From Nematocida ausubeli (taxonomy: Eukaryota), in contig NW_026515635.1 of assembly GCF_000738915.1 (NCBI RefSeq), positions 558,001 through 622,000 of the forward strand: a DNA stretch of 64,000 nt, written 5' to 3'. Both the position numbers and the translations under genes were made by a program. Shown piece by piece: positions 34,073 through 43,320 of this stretch. The notes beneath the pieces were generated by a model. It was not told the origin of the DNA and ran no database searches. It worked only from the letters and a program-made list of their open reading frames with translations. The stretch's first letter is position 1, and every line of letters begins with the position of its first letter.

Positions 34073-34957
34073 TTAAGAAGAAACCTCCAAAGTCAGGTCA
34101 GAATATAACTCTACGTTGGTTGGCGATGCATTTAGGGTTATGTATTCCTCGGAGTACTTTAGTTCATTAGAATCTGTACCCACGCGTGTACCAGATGGCA
34201 CTGACAGCCCAGAATTAACTTTAGAAATTTCTGGTATTGGATTCTCTACAGTAGAAGCATTAGTAGGACCAAACTTTTTGATTAATCTGGCATCCTCACC
34301 ATCAAATCCAAGCATTGGCTGCTCTAACGTAGAAGTACTAGTAGTTTCAAACTTTTTGTTTAGTATGGCATCCTCACCATCAAACCCAAGCATAGATGCA
34401 GAGTTTGCAATTGCATATTCTGGAACCTGGCTTTGATTACTATTATTCACAATTCGCAGATTGCTTACATTATATAATTCACAAGGCCGTTCTATTTCTT
34501 CCTGCATATTAAAGCTAAATGCTGTAGCAGATCCTCCGTTGGTAGATGTGTTTTTAATAGACTCGGGCTTCTCTTGTTCAGCTACATTAGTTTGTTCTAT
34601 AGGTGATGAAAGATCTAGTTCAAATGGTTTTGTTATCCTAAAAGTCACTAGATCATCCCCAGAGGGAGATGCTGGGCTACTTTTCTCTACAGTATGGGCT
34701 GCTTTTTTGTTCTTGTTTCTTCGTGTTACAACTACGAGAATAGCAATGACAACAAGTAATAAAACTACCGAAACTGCATATATAATTATAGCAGTCTCAG
34801 ACAGAAAAATACTATGATTGGCTTCGTTCTTACTAGCTGCAATGCCAACTATGTTTTCTAAAAGGCCCGGGGGTGTTACAGTTTGACTAACATCTTTTGC
34901 CTGATCATATGATTTTGTTTTCACGCCTGTCATTAAGCAATAAAAAAAACTTTTCAT
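34073..34957 (-). CDS. Single-pass membrane protein with 26-aa tandem repeat and Tyr motifs
   Basis: TM AIIIYAVSVVLLLVVIAILVVV + RRNKNKK; MLGFDGEDA.L.KKF twice; first ATG at 34957. Confidence 0.78.
   Translation of the reverse strand: MKSFFYCLMTGVKTKSYDQAKDVSQTVTPPGLLENIVGIAASKNEANHSIFLSETAIIIYAVSVVLLLVVIAILVVVTRRNKNKKAAHTVEKSSPASPSGDDLVTFRITKPFELDLSSPIEQTNVAEQEKPESIKNTSTNGGSATAFSFNMQEEIERPCELYNVSNLRIVNNSNQSQVPEYAIANSASMLGFDGEDAILNKKFETTSTSTLEQPMLGFDGEDARLIKKFGPTNASTVENPIPEISKVNSGLSVPSGTRVGTDSNELKYSEEYITLNASPTNVELYSDLTLEVSS
34238..34393 (-). repeat. Two-copy 78-bp coding tandem repeat
   Basis: MLGFDGEDAILNKKFETTSTSTLEQP / MLGFDGEDARLIKKFGPTNASTVENP; DNA GGCATCCTCACCATCAAA(T/C)CCAAGCAT occurs twice, 78 bp apart. 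Confidence 0.9.
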
Positions 34958-35293
34958 TAAATTATGTAGCCTAGTCAATAATCATTCTCAATTTCTTTAC
35001 TAGCATTGTTTTTAAATAAGTTCAAATGTATTTAACTTTGCATATGCCCATAGCAATAGTTACTTCTCAATAAAGCAAAAACATCTGTACAGTTTTCTCT
35101 ATATAGCACATAGAAATATATCTTTTAATTCTGAATTAAGAGCTTTTTTATTATGCCTATTCTCTTTTCTACACATATAACCCGAAAATCTTACTACACC
35201 AGAAGTCTTTATAAGATTACTTCTTCTTTTGGGTATATTTTTTCTGCTATTCATATTATATGGATTCTCTCAGTATTAGCAACTTATAGAAAA

Positions 35294-36211
35294 TTACTGT
35301 GTGCTTACATTGCTAGAGCTTGGTGTATTCTTCTCGCTCTCTACAGAGTTCTTAGTCTCTTGAGGTTCTTCAACTTTTGCTGTGTCTGGTTTTTTGGCAG
35401 AAGGTTCATTTTGAAGGCTATCAGAGTGTCTGCTTGTGGATTCTTCAGACTCTTCAAGGTATGCAGAATCATTTTTTGTATCATTTGGGGTACAAGCCGG
35501 CAGCCTATCCAATGTATCATTGCCTAACTCTGATACCATAGAGTGCATACTGCTAGATTCCACTGCTTTCTCGTCTATCTTTATGTCAGCCACTTCATTG
35601 TGTGCATTCTCAGTCTCAGACACATCATTCACATGTGGTGGTTCTGCAATGGGCTCTTGATCTGGCTTGGCAGAAAAGTCTATCTTTTCTTCTGCTGGTA
35701 CGTCTATGGGATTTTGCGCAGTTACAAACTCGCCAAATGAATCACTATCTATATCTTCCACTAATATCAAAGGCTCAGCCTCGTTGTCCATATAATCCGT
35801 TAGGGTTATATTCTTTATGGCTTCAGCCCATTCTTGCTCTGTAATAATTGGTCTCTCAAAGTGCTCTTCTGCTTGGGATAATTCTGGCTTTCTATATGCT
35901 AAACTGTGCGTGTCTAACATATAATCTCTATTTATTCCATAAGGGCTACTCACATAAGAGTTGCGCTGGTCATGGACTCTATTTTCTACGGCTTCTTGCT
36001 GTACTGCATCGACTTTTGGCGCCTTAGTTAATATAGCTTTATTTTCCTCCACTCTTCTTCTATACCTCATAGCTGCAAGTGTACCAACTACAAGACCCAA
36101 AGAAACCAAGATAATGATGTGTAATCCGTACTTGCTACCAAAGCTTTTTATGAGGCCAGCTTTAAAATATACATCATTTTTTTCTACTATAGCGAGCTTT
36201 CTGCTGATCAT
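35294..36211 (-). CDS. Single-pass membrane protein with long acidic disordered tail
   Basis: TM GLHIIILVSLGLVVGTLAAM + RYRRR; D/E/S-rich C-terminal region. Confidence 0.78.
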   Translation of the reverse strand: MISRKLAIVEKNDVYFKAGLIKSFGSKYGLHIIILVSLGLVVGTLAAMRYRRRVEENKAILTKAPKVDAVQQEAVENRVHDQRNSYVSSPYGINRDYMLDTHSLAYRKPELSQAEEHFERPIITEQEWAEAIKNITLTDYMDNEAEPLILVEDIDSDSFGEFVTAQNPIDVPAEEKIDFSAKPDQEPIAEPPHVNDVSETENAHNEVADIKIDEKAVESSSMHSMVSELGNDTLDRLPACTPNDTKNDSAYLEESEESTSRHSDSLQNEPSAKKPDTAKVEEPQETKNSVESEKNTPSSSNVSTQ

Positions 36212-36880
36212 CTTACTTTTGCAAAAAATATCTTTATGATTATATTTATATTACAGAATAATTTTTCTGGTGTAGAAGAAAACATTAGCCCAGCTAAAGA
36301 AATTTATGAAAATAACTTATTAGTGGGAGGCAGTAAAAATTGGACGCATATACGAAGTACATGTATAAAGACTTCATATACTGTCTTAGAAACTAAGCAT
36401 ATACAAGCATTTGATATAGCTATAGTCTGTGAAATTACTGAAGCATTCCTATTGAATGCTACTTTTAAGATGAGCAAATCGCCATTCTATAGATCACACA
36501 CAGAGGGCCACATCAAAAGACTGCGCAGAAAAGTATATAAAAAGTTGATTTTATATAGCCCGAATTCATAAGCTTTGTCTTTATTTAAATCTCGATCTGT
36601 TTAAATAGTTTCAAGTGAAGCGCTTTTTTCTTCTTAAGCTTATTTAAACCAATCGGATTATAGGCCCTCTAATTCCCAATAAAGGGAAGTTAATTACTTT
36701 TATTCTATATACTTGGATACAAAGAAACTAATATTGTGCAATGCTTCAGATGTTATGTTGAGCATACGACACAGAGAAACTTTGGCATGTTTTCCCAATA
36801 AAGAAAAAGTACTTTGCTCTGTTTTTATTTTTGTCGCGGGATAAAGCTTTAAATGCTCTTATCTACATGTATAGTTGCTT

Positions 36881-38092
36881 CTAAACACTTCCGTATCTGA
36901 CTGATGCAATCTTAGATATTCCACAATCTTTGTATCCATAGATAAGCATGCTGTTGTCACTGTACATAGTGTATAGTGTATCCACCACTGCAATAGTTCT
37001 TATAAACGTGCCCGCTTCTCGGCAGTACAGGTCTATTCTATCAATAAGCCCAACAATCAACAGATGGTTAATAACGCAGATGTCTATGGCTTTTGTGTGT
37101 GTATCAATCTGGTAGATCTGCAGCTGCTTCTCTATGCACCACTTAGAAACAGTTCCTGTTGCCGTTAGCGTATATACATACCCCTCACTGTCTCTTTTTA
37201 TTTGAAAGATAGTTCCATTTTGCAGTGGTGTGCTATATATGTGGTCTCCATCCAGCGTCACGACATGCATCCTCTGGTCCATTCCCCCCACTGCTATGAA
37301 ATCACCAACACACTCCACTTTATAAATCCGCCTGGTAAGCTTTATTAGACATCGAATGCCTTCTCCGGTGTGGTAGTTCCAAAGAATGCACGTTCCGTCA
37401 TACGAGCCAGTAACCAAAAGAGGCTTTTTTTTGGCAAAGACCATGTCCCGAATACTCCCAGTGTGCCCCTCCAAAACATGTACACATCCTCCTGTCTTCA
37501 CATCCCACACGCAGACTGTAAAGTCTCTTGACCCGCTTACAACATATTTATCAGATAGCAAAATGCTTCTAATTGTGGACTTGTGCTTAAAAAGCGTCCG
37601 TATGCAAGCCCCCAGGAACACATCCCAGACCTTTATTGATTTGTCCGTGCTTCCTGACACAAGAATATTATTTGAGTAGTCAAAGGCCCAAATACTGCCT
37701 TTGTGCTGCTTCAGCGTTCGAATGCATACAAGCGACTTGTCAAGTACATACACATACGATGAATTGCTAGATACAATGACTATATCGCCGTACACGCCGA
37801 TTTTGGTAATTTCTGTATTTGCAACATGTGTGATTTTGCTGGTATGCGCCACATTGTTTTTTATCCAGCTCTGAGTGAGAAGAAATTCTCTTTTTACCTC
37901 TGCTAAGTAGTTTCCATTTGCACAGTGTCTGTCTTTTTCTTTTAATTTTTGTTTCCATATAACAGGATTCATTTCAATTACCCTTCTAACCGCCTCTGAG
38001 GCGCCCATTAGTTTTTTTATATCCTTTATGCTTAGGTGCTGAGTGATTTTGCTGAGCACTTCGAGAGGGAAGAGATTTCGTATAATTCCCAT
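36881..38092 (-). CDS. F-box/WD40 protein (Cdc4/Met30-like SCF adaptor)
   Basis: F-box LFPLEVLSKITQHLSIKDI...W; WD repeats SGSTDKSIKVWD, SGSRDFTVCVWD, TGSYDGTCILWN. Confidence 0.9.
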   Translation of the reverse strand: MGIIRNLFPLEVLSKITQHLSIKDIKKLMGASEAVRRVIEMNPVIWKQKLKEKDRHCANGNYLAEVKREFLLTQSWIKNNVAHTSKITHVANTEITKIGVYGDIVIVSSNSSYVYVLDKSLVCIRTLKQHKGSIWAFDYSNNILVSGSTDKSIKVWDVFLGACIRTLFKHKSTIRSILLSDKYVVSGSRDFTVCVWDVKTGGCVHVLEGHTGSIRDMVFAKKKPLLVTGSYDGTCILWNYHTGEGIRCLIKLTRRIYKVECVGDFIAVGGMDQRMHVVTLDGDHIYSTPLQNGTIFQIKRDSEGYVYTLTATGTVSKWCIEKQLQIYQIDTHTKAIDICVINHLLIVGLIDRIDLYCREAGTFIRTIAVVDTLYTMYSDNSMLIYGYKDCGISKIASVRYGSV

Positions 38093-38433
38093 TCTTTAAT
38101 AAAATATTTAAAAAATCAAGAGAACGCTCTTCTTTTCTTTGAATTAATTTAGAATTCTGTACAACTGAGTAAGTATAGAAAAAATCACACATGCCCGAAA
38201 TGGTCCCGTTTTTCTGTAGCCCTTCTACATGCTATGCATCTGCTATGCGCTCTACTTGAAGAGCCCGTCAAAAATTTTCGAACAATAACAAGTTATTCTG
38301 TAATGCTAAAAGTAGATGCATATACTGTTGCTTCAAGTTTTTCTGCACACACTACGCTATTGGTCTATTTGGAAAAATCAACTATTTTATTGGCTACTCC
38401 ATTTTTATTTTAGATTCGAGTTCTGGAATTTTT

Positions 38434-38712
38434 ATGCACAGAAAGAAGAGAGAGGAGAAAATCTCAGAGCTTATAAAGTCACTGCCAATAGACTATAAGA
38501 AGTTTGAGGAGCTACTAAAGAACAATGCGCGCAGAGATCTTGAGGTAAAGATATATGGAAACAAGCTTGGAGGGACAGAAAAACAGATAATGCGTGTGAT
38601 TAGAAAGCTAGGAATAAAAATAAGAATAAAAGAGCCAAATGGCGAAAATCGGCGCATGGTAGTAAAGCTGCATAATCACATGCGGTTTGTGATACTAGAC
38701 ATCATGGCCTAA
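38434..38712 (+). CDS. Small basic hypothetical protein
   Basis: 92-aa ORF, coding-like purine-rich composition, ATG after an AT tract. Confidence 0.6.
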   Translation: MHRKKREEKISELIKSLPIDYKKFEELLKNNARRDLEVKIYGNKLGGTEKQIMRVIRKLGIKIRIKEPNGENRRMVVKLHNHMRFVILDIMA

Positions 38713-39036
38713 ACACTGTGACTGTTGGTATGCATCTTTTAACAACCAGAAATAACGAGCGGCATGCGTCTGCTGACAGGAGCTCAACTTTTCAGAATAC
38801 TATTTTTTAGAACTCTTCATGAGTGCATTGAAGAAAAAGGGGTTTTAAGCAATAAAATAATGTGTCTATATTATAATGATGTATAACATCTTTATGCTTG
38901 TTATATGATGCACGCTTGTTTGTAGGAAGCGTAGCTGCTAATATGCATTAAGCTATTTTGTCTTGAGGATAAATAATACTCTAAATAAAAACAGAGGGAA
39001 GTATTTATTTGAATAATAAAATAAATAAAATTTAAG

Positions 39037-39765
39037 ATGAAGCTTAGTGAAGTAATGGATGATTTGTCGGGAAGGTTTATTATGTGCTTGCCGCTGTCTG
39101 AATTTAAGAACACAGAGAGGCTTTTTTTCCAAATAGAGGAAGCACACTGGTTTTATGAAGACTATTATCGTAGAAAATTTAATTTGCCATACTTGAATTT
39201 GAAAGACTTTACATTCCAGCTCATAACACACAATGAGCATCTCAAGAGTGTGCTGAAGATGGATGAAGAGTTTAAAAAGTTCCTGCGGTATAAAAAAACA
39301 GTGCCTGTGTTTGGAGCACTAATATTTAACACAACCATGACAAAAATACTCCTTGTTCGGGGGTTTGGGCCGAGGCAGTCATTTACTTTTCCACGAGGCA
39401 AAGTATGCAAGTCAGAGAGCAACATTGACTGTGCAATTAGAGAGGTCTACGAAGAAGTGGGCTATGATATAAGCAATAAGCTTATATCAAACATATTTCT
39501 TGAGACTGGATCAAAAAGCAAAGAGTCAAAGCTGTTTATTATTATGAATGTGCCAGAGCAGACAACAGAATTTAAGACAAAGACCCGAAACGAGATAAAG
39601 GAAATAAAGTGGGTGGGAATCGATTGCTTGGAAAGAGAGCCCTCCGAGCAGTTTTCCTATGTAAAAACGTTTGTAAAGGAAATTAAAAGCCTCATACGAA
39701 AAGTTGATGCAGAAAAGCCTAGACTCAACCTAAACTCGATAAAAAAAGCATTTTGTGCTATTTAA
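39037..39765 (+). CDS. DCP2: mRNA decapping enzyme Dcp2
   Basis: Box A (DDLSGRF, ERLFFQIEEAHWFYEDY, YKKTVPVFGA) plus Nudix box FPRGK...E...CAIREVYEEVGYD. Confidence 0.95.
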   Translation: MKLSEVMDDLSGRFIMCLPLSEFKNTERLFFQIEEAHWFYEDYYRRKFNLPYLNLKDFTFQLITHNEHLKSVLKMDEEFKKFLRYKKTVPVFGALIFNTTMTKILLVRGFGPRQSFTFPRGKVCKSESNIDCAIREVYEEVGYDISNKLISNIFLETGSKSKESKLFIIMNVPEQTTEFKTKTRNEIKEIKWVGIDCLEREPSEQFSYVKTFVKEIKSLIRKVDAEKPRLNLNSIKKAFCAI

Positions 39766-39788
39766 ATATGCTTTTGTTTATAAACTAA

Positions 39789-41660
39789 ATGAACCTATTT
39801 GTATATATTTTTCTAATTATTTTCATTCAGATGTATTCGAGTGCACATGAAGAGACAGAAAAAAAGGAAGAATTAGGAAAAGAATACTTTTCAGAATACG
39901 AAATCCCAAAAGAAGAGAGAATTTCAAAGCTAAGACAGGTTCTTAAAGATAATGACCTGGAAGGGTGCATTTTATACAGAAGCGATCCCCATTTGAACGA
40001 GTACGTACACCCGCATTACGAGCACATTGCCTGGCTTACAGGATTTACAGGCTCTAATGCAACTCTTCTTGTTCTTCCAAACACTGTGTATTTGTACACA
40101 GATGCTCGCTATTTTATACAAGCAAAAAAGCAGCTATCGAATAAAGTGGAGCTTTCTCGGATAGGAATTGACCCTTCCATATCGGAGAGACTGCTTACCT
40201 GTAATGCTGTGGTTGGAGTCAATCCTCGGAATATAACACAAGCACAGTACAATAGAAACTTTAAAACCCTGCACAAGCATGCGGATATTGAGATTATAGA
40301 GTCTGATCTGCTTGAAAGCCTATGGACTTTGCGCCCAAAGATTGAGTCAGGAAATCTTGAGGTCATGAAACACCAAGAGTCTGTTAATGTAAAGCTACAG
40401 AAAATTCGAAAAGAAATGGAGAGCAATAAGGAGATGTATTCTTTCATGCCGCCTTTGGATATGATAATCATTTCAGATATGGACGAGATTGCCTGGGCCA
40501 CGAATTTAAGAGGAACTGACATACCTATGTCTAGGCTGTTTTACTCTTTTTTAATTGTGACTGATTCTACAGCGATTCTTTTTACAGATGCTAGTCTAAC
40601 TAGTGAAATTCCAAACATTTTAGTAATGCCATACAGTGAATTCGATAACTATATCAAAGAATTAAGTGGGCTGAGAATTGGAGTGTCTACAAATACAAAC
40701 TATCATATCGTGTGTTCGATTGTTGATGATAACAAAGTATGCGACTTCAAGGGAATACTTAATTTAAAGGCAATTAAAACAGAAAATGAGATAAATGGTT
40801 TTAAAGAAGCAAACAAAAGAGATGCTAAGTATCTGTGCATGCTGTTTGGAGAGATCAAAAAAAGACTATCTGATGGAGAGCATGTAGGAGAGTTAGAAGC
40901 TGCTGATATGTTGCTAGAGTTAAAGTCTAGCGACTCGGAGTTTATTGTTCCCAGCTTTGACACTATTTCAGGCTATGGAGAAAACGGAGCTTGTATTCAC
41001 TACTCTCCAGTTGACAATACAACAAAGATCGGTACTGAAAGCCTTTTTTTGATTGACTGCGGCTCCCAGTATACCATGGGGACAACAGACATAACCAGAA
41101 CTGTCTGCTTTGGACAACCAACCGAGGAGCAAAGAAGAGATTATACCACACTTATTAAATCCCATATTGATCTGGAAAACACACCTTTCCCAGAAAAAAC
41201 ATCTCTTGGCGCTCTATCCCCAATAGTAAGAAAGCACGTCTGGAAGGAAGGCCTTGACTATGGGCATAGCACAGGTCATGGTGTTGGCTTCGGTCTTAAT
41301 GTGCATGAGGGCCCACAGACAATGGACACTGCGTCACAGATAAAAGCCGTTCCAGGCATGAATATAACTATTGAGCCAGGTATATACAAAGAAGGAAAAT
41401 ATGGAATACGCCATGAAAACCTAGGAATAGTGAAAAAGTATAACAAAAAGGCTGGATTTTTGCGTATACAAAATATTACGCCTGTGCCATTGCACATGGA
41501 CTTAATCAACCCCGAGCTTCTCACAGCAGATGAGATAGATTATATCAATGCGCAGTCTATATGGATTAAAGAAATGCTAGAGCCAGAGCTACTTGATCAC
41601 AAGGAAGGTCTTGCATGGCTTTCTGATAACACGCGCAAGATAAGCAAGAAACAGAACTAA
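39789..41660 (+). CDS. Xaa-Pro aminopeptidase (aminopeptidase P, M24B)
   Basis: DPHLNEY, WLTGFTGS, TDARY; metal ligands in LIDCGSQY..GTTDITRT, HSTGHGVG..LNVHEGP, TIEPGIY, GIRHEN. The start may instead be 39831. Confidence 0.93.
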   Translation: MNLFVYIFLIIFIQMYSSAHEETEKKEELGKEYFSEYEIPKEERISKLRQVLKDNDLEGCILYRSDPHLNEYVHPHYEHIAWLTGFTGSNATLLVLPNTVYLYTDARYFIQAKKQLSNKVELSRIGIDPSISERLLTCNAVVGVNPRNITQAQYNRNFKTLHKHADIEIIESDLLESLWTLRPKIESGNLEVMKHQESVNVKLQKIRKEMESNKEMYSFMPPLDMIIISDMDEIAWATNLRGTDIPMSRLFYSFLIVTDSTAILFTDASLTSEIPNILVMPYSEFDNYIKELSGLRIGVSTNTNYHIVCSIVDDNKVCDFKGILNLKAIKTENEINGFKEANKRDAKYLCMLFGEIKKRLSDGEHVGELEAADMLLELKSSDSEFIVPSFDTISGYGENGACIHYSPVDNTTKIGTESLFLIDCGSQYTMGTTDITRTVCFGQPTEEQRRDYTTLIKSHIDLENTPFPEKTSLGALSPIVRKHVWKEGLDYGHSTGHGVGFGLNVHEGPQTMDTASQIKAVPGMNITIEPGIYKEGKYGIRHENLGIVKKYNKKAGFLRIQNITPVPLHMDLINPELLTADEIDYINAQSIWIKEMLEPELLDHKEGLAWLSDNTRKISKKQN

Positions 41661-42008
41661 AAAGCTGCTTCTGCATATTCCAGGTGCACGTATACTTCGT
41701 GAATCTAATTTAAGTGATTAATAAAGTCTATTGCATTAAAAACTCTGTCAATTGTCTATAGCAGTGGTACCTATTTTTCTTGTAATTAGCAATACAGAAA
41801 GTCTTCTATTGTTCTATTGCTCTCCAAATACAAGCACACCCAGAGTTTAACACATACAAACCCACTAACTCCCTCTTTTATACTACAAGAATCCTACACA
41901 CAGCACCTTCTTTCTTCTTAACAATATTCTTGTTCTTTTCTAAGTATTATATACCTATATGCCAGCCCTGCCCAAGGTTCTTGTGCCAATGAAGAGATTA
42001 ATATATAA

Positions 42009-43320
42009 GGGGGCCTCGGCCTACTGGCCCCCACACCACTTCCCTGCCAGCCCAAATGCCCGCTAGTGGTGCTTTACATCCGCACTGACCCGCCGCACTG
42101 AGTGTTTCTACATACCCGACTGTTATGCGTCTGTGGCTGAGAAGTCTCTCGCACTGCGAATAAAAGACAGAGTTTTCGCGTATTTATAGACCGCATTTTA
42201 TTTTTTTCCTTTTTCGTCAGCAATTTCCCTCTCCGCACTTTTTTGCCCCTGCAAACCGAAGGAAGGGGGCATTTTCCCCAAAATTCCCGTGTTTTGCCCT
42301 GCTGAGCGCCCCTGCAAAAAATATTTTCTCAGGTGTTTTTTTTGAGATGGGTCTCCTGGCCAGAAAGGGCGTGCGCATCCATACTGCAGCGAGGAAAGAG
42401 ACACTCTGCATATGTGTGTGCAGGGCAGAGCTCCTAGAAGGGTAGCTGTGTCCGAGAGGCAGAGACTGCAGATTGATTTATGAAAGGGCCCTACTCTCTA
42501 TAACTTGCACATGCCATAAAGAGAGCAACAAAAAGAGTGCACCCACATCTCTCAACTCTGTCTTTACTCTGGCTAGTAGTGCAGTGTGAGGTATTTAAAC
42601 CAGCCAGTCTGTTTATATCCACTGCTTATATACTGCATGTCACAGTATAGCATCTGTGCTCTTCGCTATACCCTCTGTGTGTGAGTCACACAGCCAGGCT
42701 GCGCAATTCCTGCGCAATTTACCCTTACTCGGACATATTGGGGCTCTCGCCCCCATAGACCGGTCTATATTCATTTTAGAGCGGGTCTTCTTGTATATTA
42801 AAAAGTATATGCGCTCTTTGGGGGATATTGGGAGCATCCAGAACGGGCAAATTAAGGTCTATTTTCCAAAATATAAGTATAAATAGAGCATAAATCTGTA
42901 AAAATATTCCAAAGGAAACACAGGAATCACTTGCTAGTTCTCCTCTGTGTGCACTCGCGCACAGGCAGATACCTTAAGCTCATCGAGGTGCCTTTAACTT
43001 CATCGAGACAACTTAAGCTCTTCGGAAAACTTAAATTCATCAAGGTAAGTTAAACTCATCAAGATGCTTTTAAACTCTTCGGACGACTTAAACTCATCAA
43101 GGTAAGTTAAACTCATCACGGGCCGCACTGAAACCTGGGCCTAGCAAGAAGCACTTTAAACTCATTGCATAGTATTCCTGGCACACACATAAGCCCATCC
43201 TGCCTGCACAAAACAGATAAAACAACCCCGCAGACAGGCCTGAATATTCTAAGCTCCTATTAAACTCCTCTAAATGAACTGTCTCTACATGTATATTAAC
43301 AACACAAAAAACAATAAAGA
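42009..43320 (+). ncRNA. Candidate long structured non-coding RNA (identity unknown; ends approximate)
   Basis: GC-enriched region without a credible ORF and with many nested complementary segments; G-U-compatible pairs mostly favour the + strand; AATAAA at 43313-43318. Confidence 0.5.
42974..43117 (+). repeat. Array of 8 units (18-20 bp period) with core TTAA(A/G)CTC(A/T)TC
   Basis: Cores start at 42974, 42994, 43013, 43031, 43050, 43070, 43088 and 43107. Units 3-5 and 6-8 form a 57-bp higher-order repeat. Outlying cores at 43156 and 43260. Confidence 0.95.

Noticed and set aside
42139..42468. RNase P/MRP assignment from GAGAAGTCTCTCG pairing with CGAGAGGC/AGAGACT
   Set aside because: A P4-like pairing is possible, but CR-IV/CR-V consensus and a closing P1 helix are not recognisable; left to an Infernal search.
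42198..42886. Short ORFs (64-76 aa) inside the structured locus
   Set aside because: Mostly non-ATG starts, overlapping on both strands, no motifs; expected by chance in locally GC-richer DNA.
42974..43117. CRISPR-like interpretation of the repeat array
   Set aside because: Cores are 11 bp and linkers 7-9 bp, some linkers are duplicated, the context is eukaryotic, and there are no cas genes.
43088..43117. Minus-strand resemblance to nematode SL1 leader and box C (TGATGA)
   Set aside because: The SL1 match needs gaps and mismatches in AT-rich sequence, and no paired box D/terminal-stem arrangement was found.
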